From the NCBI GenBank assembly GCA_002633005.1, contig NMRA01000027.1:471265-535264 (forward strand): a stretch of DNA of 64,000 nt, written 5' to 3'. This document shows positions 37,527 through 48,300 of this stretch, piece by piece. Made by a program: the position numbers and the translations under genes. How positions within the stretch are numbered: position 1 is the first letter of the stretch; each line of letters starts with the position of its first letter. This stretch comes from Phoronis australis. Taxonomy: Eukaryota; Animalia; Phoronida. The notes beneath the pieces are model-generated. The model had not been told where the DNA came from. It saw nothing but the letters and a program-made list of their open reading frames with translations, and did no database searches.

Positions 37527-39138
37527 TTTGTTTGTCCGGTTTTCATTGACAAGGCACCTGATTCGTGGACACATTTGTTTTTACTGAAAAAATCTAGTTT
37601 GATTGTCGTAGAATCGCGCACATATCAGTTAATAACGGACAAAAATTCAGTCACTGTTAATTTTACCAACCTTACACCACTTTGCATGAAAATGAAATCC
37701 GAAAAAGTGCGTTCCGCGTAGGCCTTCGGTAAACTTTCAGTCTAACCTATTTAAGATGATTAAGTATGCTGAACATGAGAAGTTTGCTTGTACAGGTTCT
37801 GGGCAGGGGTTCCAACACTGTGAGCTGACAATGCAGTTTGTGAATGGTACAGTTTTCCCTTTAGTTAATGCAGTCTTTGACAGTTGAGATAGAAGCAGGT
37901 CAAAATCGGCCAGAGTATCATGATGCCGAAACAAAAACTAACCTGTATCGTATCCAGAATATCGATGCCAGACAAGCAAACACACGAGAAAGATAAATGG
38001 ACATAGGCGATATTTTAAGAACTCGGTGTTTTTTATATTGGTGTCGTACAGAATACTCTTTGATAATTGCCGTGACAATGGTGAGCAACATTTTCAAAAA
38101 TGGCTTCTTTACAATCAGGTCTGAAGGCACATTGTACTTTTTTTCTCTTAGTTGATATGCGGTCAGTGGTAACGGATTTTCCAGAGAATGCGGTTTTTGA
38201 TGACTGGATAAAGGCTGAAGTCAATGAGATGGGCTTGTACGAATGGCAATAGTCGGCCTATTTTGAGAATCACCTTGATGCCCCGTTCATTCAGTGGAGA
38301 AAACTGGTTCTCAAAATGAGGTAACGTTATATCCGGACCCTATACCAGCCTACGAATATGGCGAAGCGCGCAGGGATGTGTGGCGGATTTAGAGGGGAAC
38401 CCGAGGGGGCGCTGGTCCCCCGCCTCCCAGATTTCATTCGGGGGTGCGAATGTTTCACGGGCAAAATGATCCTGGCTAATACTCTGCCCTGACTCCTGGT
38501 TTCCTGTAACTGGGCACAGCCCCCCCCCCTGCCCTGTTGAATGTCGTAAGGTGTGGATTTTCGAAACAAAGATCTGGAAACATATGATGGTTGGGGATGA
38601 CAGTCTCAGTGTTAACTTTTCAGTTATACCCCCCCCCGTTTTTTTGCTCCTACCTCATCTTCAGCAGGTCTGTCTTATGTTTATTACTTCGCTGACCTCC
38701 CTGGTCAAAATCCTACATGTTCTCCACCTACTCACCCTATTTTCACCTGTTAACCTCTGATTGACTACTCTTGCTTATGATGTAGACTATTTCTCGTAAT
38801 TTTTATTACCTTTACTGTCCAAGTTTTTTTCTTGATATACTCTAGATTTTGCCTATGTGTATTTTCTATGGCACTGGTCATGCTTTTTTTTTCAATATTT
38901 TAAGCAAAGACACTTCACAATTTTGAATTTGACAAACTGAAATCGGCCGCCGTAGTCAACGCCTCGCCTTACCAGACTTGACAAAAGATGTCTCTGGTCT
39001 CTGATGTAACTTGACATTGCTTCCGGGTGCTTTTGCTGTGCGTGTGAACTTGGAATCTTGCTTAAAATAATTCTCAAGATCGCGGAAGCTCTATTACGTA
39101 GTTTTTGTTGTGAAGATGGTCTAAGTGGCAGCATCAGT

Positions 39139-41611
39139 ATGAATATTCTTAGTGACGAGATTTTAGAGCACATTTTTTGTATGGTTTGTGTTACTGATTT
39201 GAACACTCATTGCATTCGAGTTAGTAAGCGGTGGAATCGAATCCTGACGCAAAGTGTAGTGTTTTGGAAGACGTACATTCGACAACACTTCGATACGTCC
39301 TTGAATGTAAATGCAGAAAAGGACGAGCCTTACTTACGGAACTATGCAACGTATTTTGACCCACCGCCTGCAGTGTTAAAGTGCAGGGTTGCGACTCCCC
39401 CAAGCTGGGATGTCAAGAACGCTTTGGAGTGTCATCCACGACCGCTAGCTGTTGCTCTTCACGTGTTGACCAAAATTAGGAGTGAACTGGATAAAAGAGA
39501 ACTCATTGTGGATGAATCTTCGTACTCTGGCCATCCAACAATGTGTCTCTTTCCATGGAGCGGAGACGTGCTGCCATCTGCACACAGGGTAAATTAGCTC
39601 TTTCTGAGACTGTGAATTCTTTACGTACCATTCTCAGAATGGTACGTAATGATTTTGACACTCCAGGAGTCCTGGAGTGTCAAAATCAAGACATTTCCAC
39701 CATCACGATCTAATCTAGAATCACACTTCAATAAACTTGTCAAGCAGGCCTCATATTGTGTTGGTACAATACTGTGGTTAAGCTGGTCAGGGCTTACAAA
39801 AGTTACGTAAAGTCTCACAAAGGAATCAACAGGTGAAATTTAAGTCTTATTTCTCTGAAAATCAACCGTTTTTCTCCATTCAAAGTTTTTTTGGTGAAAG
39901 TATTTCATACACAAGACATCTGGTTTACGACATGTTTTGAAAGTCGTTTGAAAATACAATTTTTAAATATTGGTTAGGGTTAAGCCTATTGTTTACTGTA
40001 CTAGTAATTGCTGGATTACATGAGCTTATCAGACCAAAGCAGACAATAGGAGAGCTGAACTGGCCATTTTTACACTTCTGGCGCCAGGTGGTGCCAACTG
40101 TCTTATGGTGTTATGATACACTGCAGTGCCTGAGATATTTTTTGTTTCTTCTACCTACCCACCATTTTACTCGCCCTCATCGTGACCGTTTTCGTCCGCT
40201 GGGGGCGACCACACTCCTAGGTAGAAATTCCCAAGTTAAGCTGGTATCTTTCTCATACCAAAAGTTAATGGGGGGGCAACAACTTAATTCACAACTTTCA
40301 GGAATTCTTTTTGGTTACATTTTGTTGCCAACTCTACTTTCTTTCCTGTGTAACAATTGTGTCATGTGTCCTTGTAATAGCGAAAAAGGTTATCGAGACG
40401 TATATGACATAAAAATAATTTATTCTTTGGAACAAAATGCTTTGTAATATTCGTCAGTTATCGAAAGTTTGGCCAAGCAAACTCCATGTAATAAGTCTGT
40501 AAGATGTGTTTTGAGTGTGTCCTTGAATGTGTCCTTGAATGTGTCCTTGAATGTGTCCTTGAATGTGTCCTTGAATGTGTCCTTGAATGTGTCCTTGAAT
40601 GTGTCCTTGAATGTGTCCTTGAATGTGTCCTTGAGTGTGTCCTTGAATGTGTCCTTGAATGTGTCCTTGAATGTGTCCTTGAATGTGTGCTTGGTGACTA
40701 CTTGAGACTTTTACGATGATGTCAAACAAAATCTGAGTTGCATTATTAAATTGCAGGTCACCAAATGTAACTTAAGTATGCAGTGTACATACCGGTGTGT
40801 TAAAATAACAAGAGCTTTGACGAACAATGTCACAAAAATTAAATATGTAAATTGCACATGTTTTGATATGGCTTGTTAACCAAAGTGTTGTTCCGATTTT
40901 AATATATTTACAATGCTGAACACGTGTAATTTAACATATATATTTAATATGCCGTTTCTTTTTGGTCATTCATTGCATTTTGTATTTTTACTGTGTGAAT
41001 CTATTCTGTTTTAGGTCTTCAAAACGTTCAGTGTTAACGATATTGGATACATTACGAGTGTGAGTGGCATTTCCATTCAGTGGCAAATGGATGACGATGC
41101 GTGTGGGGGCATCTTTGGTTTCCATGAGGTTGAGTGTATTGATTCGAAAGGCTGTGAAGGTGTAACAATGTATAGTGACAGTTCTGAGGATGAGGAAGAC
41201 GACAGTTCAGATGCAGAACTACCGCGCAAAGGAGAAATGAAAGAGAACGTTTCAGAGCCAAAGAAAAGAGAGTTTAAATCTGAAAGGGAGAGACGCATAC
41301 ATTTGGGACTGCGACCTGATGATGTTGAATATGTCCATATAGAGCCATGTGAAAGCCATCAGTTGACAGAGTGTGATAAATGTGGAGACTCATTTCATGT
41401 GTGGGTTGATCGTATTTTTCGACCATCAATATGTGTTTATGGAGGTGAAGAGTCACATAGTGGGGGTTATAACTATGTTTTTCATTTGACACGACTCTCC
41501 CCTGGTCTTTTGGGTGGTATTATGGCTCTAGTCAATATTTGTGGACATTCTTTTCACTGTAGTGATAAGGATTGCAACGAACCCTGTGAAAGTGGAGATG
41601 AGTCAGACTAG
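39139..41611 (+). CDS. F-box protein with an uncharacterised (possibly NuiA-like) C-terminal domain, ~348 aa
   Basis: Exons 39139-39588 and 41015-41611 joined by a phase-0 GT-AG intron. N-terminal F-box pattern LSDEILEHIFCMV..DL..C.RVSKRWNRI..VFWK. ETS-like CTTCCGG at ~39020. Confidence 0.85.
40511..40690. repeat. 12-bp tandem repeat (~15 copies) in the F-box intron
   Basis: Unit ccttgaatgtgt. Confidence 0.97.
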
Positions 41612-42051
41612 CCGCTCAGCCAATCATTCTGATTATTTTCGGACAATGCTACTGGTAGGTGTTATGTCTTATTCTGACCCCATGAATCTCTCACGAGAAC
41701 AGCTGAGCTTATCTTGGGATCCTAGATATGAAGGACTCCTTGACATTGTATTGCCCATAGTTTATGTACCATTATACACCTACTAGAGTGTAGTACTTGA
41801 CTGGCAACTTGCCTGTAGACTATCCATGTGTGATGGTGTCATGTAGATATAGCTAATGCACCTGAGGAATCACGTTATTACACAGCCTTTAATGCTTCCA
41901 GGGTCTTCGATTTCTATATTTTGGGACCTGATATCAGCCCCAGTCTCTTATAAAAATATTTAAAATTGAGCCAAATACTCAACAGGCACAAAATATCATC
42001 TGCAGTGATTAAAAAATTCCCTCAAGGTAAGAATCACTATACCAAAGCAAT

Positions 42052-43300
42052 AGTTACTCTGCGCGTGCAAGCGCAGAGTACTGTTGTTCCTGGGTTTTCT
42101 TCAATTTTATTCTTATTCTTATTCTTCTTATTCTTCTTCTGACCAACTTTGAGGCTTAATAACTCCAAATTGGGTGCAGACACGGTCTTTAAATTCAGCA
42201 TATGACTTTTGACAGTATATAAATTTTGATTGGTTATATAATCATATTCCATATTGCACCGGAAGAGGTCGTTTGGTGCAAAGGTCATATAATTTTCAAA
42301 ATGCTACTTCTCCTTCAGTTTTAAAGCTATCTTTTTCAAATTCGGTGCACAGGTAGAAGTCTACATGACAATTTAAAAAATTACCTTTCTAAGTAATCGG
42401 GTCATCCAATCAGGTGAAATAGGTCAAAGGTCATTTGGTGCAAACTAAAATTTTGAGCTAGGCCCTTCAAATTGACAGGTCTGATTGCCACAGGTAAACC
42501 AAATCCGAATCCAAAGTTTCAGGTCATTTAGTGCAAACATGGGGTCATTAGGTGCATTTTTCTTCTGAAAATTTGACCTTTTCAATCAGCAAGTATTCTG
42601 ATGTGTCAACCGTTAGACAACTGAGATTCTCAGCGTTAAACACATTTTCCATGGGCTTTGCAACAATTTTCCTAAAGATGCTTAAAATGCACCGGATAAG
42701 GTCAATTAGTGCAAAGGTCATGTAACGTTCAAAATGTTATATCTCCTACGTTTTTCAAGGAATTCTTTTCAATTTCAGCACACTGGTGTAAGTCAACATG
42801 CCAACTGAATACCCTACTTTACTTCGCAATAGGCCTAACCAATCAGAAAAAATAGGTCAAAGGTCACTGAGTGCAAACTAAAATTTTGAGCTAGAGACTT
42901 CAGAATTAAGTATCTGTTTACTAAGTGTGATTGAGTTTGAATTCTAAATTTTCAGGTCATTTGGTGCACCCATGGGGTCATTAGGTGCATTTTTCTTCTG
43001 AAAGTTTGACCACTTCATTCATCTTGTATTCTGAAGTGCTTAAAGTAAAACATCTGTGATTATTAGCATTAACCACACTTTTAATCGAGTTTACAATTAC
43101 TCCCTCATCGGGGCTCATAATGCACCAGAAGAGGTCAATTAGTGGAAAGGTCATCAAAAAATTAATATGTAATTTTTCCTACAATTTTAAAGAATTCCTT
43201 TTCATATTGGTAAACAGGTTGCTGTCAGTAACTTCCCATAATAATTCCAGTAATACACACGCGCAGAGTCCTTTATTGTCACGCCGTGACAATAATCTTT
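42052..43300 (+). mobile_element. Helentron-associated non-autonomous element (HINE/DINE-1-like)
   Basis: 5' subTIR actctgcgcgtg (42056-42067) within a short palindrome, followed by a TTC/TTA microsatellite and ~432-bp internal repeats. The 3' end has subTIR cacgcgcagagt (43258-43269), stem-loop ttattgtcac-gcc-gtgacaataa (43273-43295) and a T-rich flank. Confidence 0.8.
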
Positions 43301-44765
43301 CTATTTTTTTCTACTTCAGGTATTAACGATGGGGGGAGGTGGGAGGGGGTTGAATACTGGTGATCAGGAGGGAAAGGGGAGGATTTTCCCCGCAGTCAAA
43401 AGCACTGCCACTTCCCTCTAAGTGAGGCCCCTGACTTCGTTCATCTGATTTTTGTGTGTCCATCAGATTATTTTTTCCGTACCTGCTTTGATGCACTGAC
43501 ATTGTTGGCTCACTTCATGGTCTCAGGTTACTAGAGCCTCTGATTTGTCAGATAGTGTATAGCGACTTCTGACATCTCAGGTAGCATGAATGAAAACTGA
43601 TATTCCATGTCCAGGTTGGCCAATATTACACTGTATATTGGAAGTTGTCGCACATTTCAGCCAATCAGAGGACAGAGGCATCTGTAATCCTGTAAGTTAA
43701 GAACAGCTCTCAACTGAGGCTGCTCTACATCATGCTTAACATCTTTGCACTTTTACATGTGTACGAACCTTGAGTTGAATCCCATGAGAAATTGAATTCA
43801 TACAAGTTTATCATGCTATTATAAATGTTTTGTTGTTTCTGTTAATTAAGGTGTTTGTGAAATTTGCTGATAAAACTATTTGTTGTTAACTTTAAATAGA
43901 GAACTTGAAATTCACTCGGTAGCGCAAGTAAAGAAAATGACCTTTCGATAGAAATACTTGCATTTAGGTTAATCACCTGGGTCTGTTGTCATCTAAATGC
44001 CCTTGTGCCAATGAGCTACTTTTTGCTTTCAATCTTCTCAGGTGTCAAAAGATGACCTAAGTTTTAATGGCAGCACCTAGTGAATGTGCAGTCCCCCATT
44101 TTAATGAGGGTGACCAAATGAAGCATGTGAGTGCAAAACTTTATCACTCTTCATAATTTGACTGTGATGGCAATACGCTGGTGTTGATTTTGAGCTATAT
44201 TTTGATTATTTTTATACGAAGTCATGCAGTTTCAAATCCGGTATAAGTTAATTATAATTTTTGGTGTGGAAGTGAAATTGTGATTGAATATTCTGTATTT
44301 GCCAAATCTCAATACAAACACACTAAGGTATAATGGCTTCTAATGGTGACAATTATTGTTTTCAGGTGACTTGAACTCATGGCATAGGGAGTGTTGGACT
44401 ATACAGTGATGGCATGTTTTGAAAAGCATGATCGTCCCTGATTGTGTTTGTCTTCAATTAGTCATTTTATTGTGCAACTATAAAGCTATGCCACTTTCTT
44501 GGAGAAGTTGACTCTAGTACTTCGTTTTCCTAGAACTTAGTTTTTCCACTACAATACTCACATCTAGCTTGACTGGTTTTGCCATAGCAGCCTACTTTCA
44601 TTGCGGTATTGTGTAGAATTTATTCACGTCCATGCTCTGTCACACTCAGACCTTCATGCATTCATGCATACTCAGTGTTGCGTAACCAGATTGGGCATTA
44701 TGGTCCCACTCCTTGATGGGTGTTTTTTTTAACACAAGTGCCATGTAATTCGCAAAAAATCGTAG

Positions 44766-44915
44766 GTCACGCTTGCCCGTTTAGCAGAATTTGAAAGGAG
44801 TCAAATTTTCTTCCAAACTTTTTAGATTTGGCCGAGGCTTATAGAGCATTATTTTGTTTCAGAGAACTAAATGGGAAAGTCGTTTTTGAGTATCTGTTAA
44901 CAAGCCAAAGCCTTT
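44766..44915. repeat. Dispersed repeat fragment, second copy at ~47707-47855
   Basis: gtcacgcttgcccgttta.caga.tttgaaagga..ccaaactttt..cattattttgt.tcagaga..aaagtcgtttt occurs twice in direct orientation. Confidence 0.7.
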
Positions 44916-45325
44916 TAAAAAACATCACACTGAATTTGTTGAAGCTCAGATGTAAGTGAAGGAAGAATTGCTTTCCAAGCTTGTTTTAAAATTAAACAAT
45001 TTGTGAACTAGTCAGGAATTACTCTCTTTTATTTCGATTAGTTTACAAAAAAGTAAGATTGAAAATTATTTTTGTTCTATCAAAAATGTAACAGAACAAT
45101 CTGTTACAATGTCATTTGTGGACATAGATGAGTAAAAAATCTTTCCTGTAGATTGTCTCAAAAATGGAAAATTTTCCAGAATCACGCAAACTCCTCAGTG
45201 TACGTATTTTTGCACCGTGGCCCAGTTGTCGTCTGAAAGGTTCACCGTTGTAAAATGAATTAACTGACAATTTATAATGTGTTTGTTATATTAGCTTGTT
45301 CTGTCTTCACGTACAAATGCTTGTC

Positions 45326-48300
45326 TTAATTTCTGTCATTTTCAGGGTAGTAAATGTACGTTGATTTTACTCCTATTTCAGGAATGCGAAAATCCTTTCC
45401 TGTCAGGTCCGTGAAGTTCTGACAGTCTTTGATGGCAGAATTTGGGACCTAGAAAATAAATTTTAAAAACCTACTTTAGAAAAACTTAGTCTCGATTCTT
45501 CAAATTGACGAAATTTACAATCACGGGCTGAGAATCGAACATGTATGGGGTGCCTGTGTCTAGCGCATTCTTGCCAGGCGTAGAACTTCCCGACAAGGCC
45601 GACTAGGTTAAATCTTACACCGGTATTACCTGCAGACTAAGCCCTGGAGCATTTAGTAGTACCGACATAAATGCACGGGCCAATAAAGGCATGTGCCAAA
45701 CTGGTTCTCAAAGCTGAGGCACCGGCTGTTGCCGAATTCAGTGTGCCATATTTGCGAGAGTACTCCCCGAGATTAATCGTTTCGTTCCTATGACACATGC
45801 ATACTCACGACATCCAGCGGAGAATATTGAGGGTTGTAATGCTCAATGACAGGATTGTTATCAGCTCGACAATAACAACAGATGAAACTCCAGCGCCTAT
45901 TGGCAGAGCTGTTTTGGCCGCTGTAGTGGAGCAGGTTGGCATGGAAGAACACAGCATCGCCTGACGGAATATTTACATTATTTTTTAATAAACACAATAC
46001 TGATATAGTTGGCAAATTTAAAATTCCATTACTTTGGTAATGTAACTTATAAAAAGTTCGCAATATTTTTAAACATTTTTTAAACTGTCTTCACTCCTAA
46101 AACAGCGATTTTCCTACAAACATTTTTCCTGGTTACCTGGCTCCATCTCTAAGTAGTACATTGGATATCGATCCAGTAACAGTTTCACTCTGTCCATATC
46201 GGCTCCAGTTTGTCCACCCACAAAGTCATGGTTAATACGTCCACACTTGGGCGTCCCGTCCACTATCTGTAGACAGGCAGATGGCATGTTATTGAACACA
46301 AGCTGGTACAGCACAAAATAACTAATTCGTATGCCAAGGGTTATTCTGACTCTGGTTAAGTCGGCCAAACGGTGAACATCGAGTGGTTGTCTTGGGATAT
46401 TTCATCGAATTCGCTTGCCGTAAATTACCATACACGCTAATATAGTATTTGTTTATTTGTCGTCTTCGTACTTGTGTGCGCTTACGAAGCACATCTACCC
46501 AATAAGTGTTTTCAGCTTTTATAAGACTAATTAAGGACAGAAAACATTAAAATGGACAAAATATGCAAAAATATAAACCAGGTAAACATGCGCTGTATTT
46601 CCAAGGTAAAGATGTGCAAAGCAGTTGATAGTAAAAGTTGCAAGAATACGCGGTGTAACATCGGTTACATTACAGTTAGTGCATATCTTATTTCAATCTC
46701 TTACTTGTAAACAGCCATTCTCCTTGGTACATTTGTCGTAAGCGATGAAAACGGATATGAGATCGGGTCGCAGGCAGAACTTATACCAATATCTACACGT
46801 GGGAAAATATAAAACTTGTTACTCATGACTACAAAACTGTAAAGAAGAGGCATAGTATTTAAACAAAATGAATTTTTTTATCAATTAACATCTTGTTGGT
46901 TTTTGGATTTTTGCTCACTGAAAAAGTTAGCCTAGCGAAACCGACATCCGTTGTTGGCTTCCGGCTGGCAGTGATGCAAGAGTAATAGTATAAGGTTGTG
47001 AGAGCGTACGCACGAAATCCTTGCGATTTACATTCATTACTGGTGTCATGCGTGATGTCACCTTACGAACTTCCGGGACCTAGGGTACGCAACGCTGTTC
47101 TCCATGTAGAATGATACAAACCCATAATCCTGATGCCAAGAATGTTGCCCCCCTGTGAAGGGGTCCTTCATGATCATCTTCGTGTGGTAGTGGTAGACCT
47201 CGCCACCGGCCAGCTAGAAGAATTGGACAACGAGGTAATTGGTATGAATGACGTTCTGCAAAAATCGGCTCAAGATTGCCTTTACAAAGGTGTCTTATGT
47301 GTCGTCAGTGTTTCCATATAACCTGGAGGTGTGCAAATTTCTTACATTCTAGGTAGTGATCATCGTGTGCGATCAGAGACTGTCCCGTCGTTGGAGTGTA
47401 GGCTTCACACAATACGAAATGCAACAGATCTGCCGTCTGACTTGTGATCGGAGTTCTGACCAATTAACGCATGGCGGTCTTGGATAACGAACGTTCATAG
47501 TGTGAACTTCTTTAAAAGGATAACCCCGTTTTGATGATTTCAACCAATCCTGGTGCTGGCACCTGCTAATGCGTCATTGGCGTCAATCATAAACGATGGA
47601 AGCAGGAATCAGAATTTAACTCATACCCCCAATGTCACAGACTGAATCTTATGGTTCTTGGTGGGTGGTTTCCACCACATTTGCTGTGTTATTCGCTTGA
47701 AGCGTATGTCACGCTTGCCCGTTTATCAGACTTTGAAAGGAATTTTCAAAAGTTTCCTCCAAACTTTTGAGGGTTGTAGGGAATTATAGGACATTATTTT
47801 GTATCAGAGATTTGGATGGAAAAGTCGTTTTTAATATCTATTAAAAGGCCAAAACCCGGTTTGATATCCTTTTAAGGCGGCGAATCAGACATCCGATTTG
47901 GCTACATAGTTGACGGCATATGAACGCTGTCTAAAAAATCATGCCGAGTGAGTAGGCCACAGCTTGACTGGCGTACTGAGGCCTAAATACGTGCATATAG
48001 ATGTAAAATAGTCACAAAACAATACTAATTGCTTTAGTCAACTTGAACTGATCTTAACTAGGAACTCTTGAATATTTTATATTAACATTTCTGCCAACAC
48101 CGTTACCATCGTCAGACTACGCTGATGGAGATCCACATCATGACAGTGAGCGCACTCAATGAACTATAGAAATCGCAGTGCTCGTGTTTTAATTTGTACG
48201 CAAGCCAGTCACTGTGTACTTTATGAGTTGCCATTACCGCATGATTTATTTCTTGTCACGATGCTTTTGTCGATTGAGAACTAGCCACTCCGTCGGTCTA

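Noticed and set aside
40454-40729. GHIQ / LNVS / VLEC repeat ORFs
   Set aside because: 12-bp repeat inside the F-box intron, open in several frames, with no splice support.
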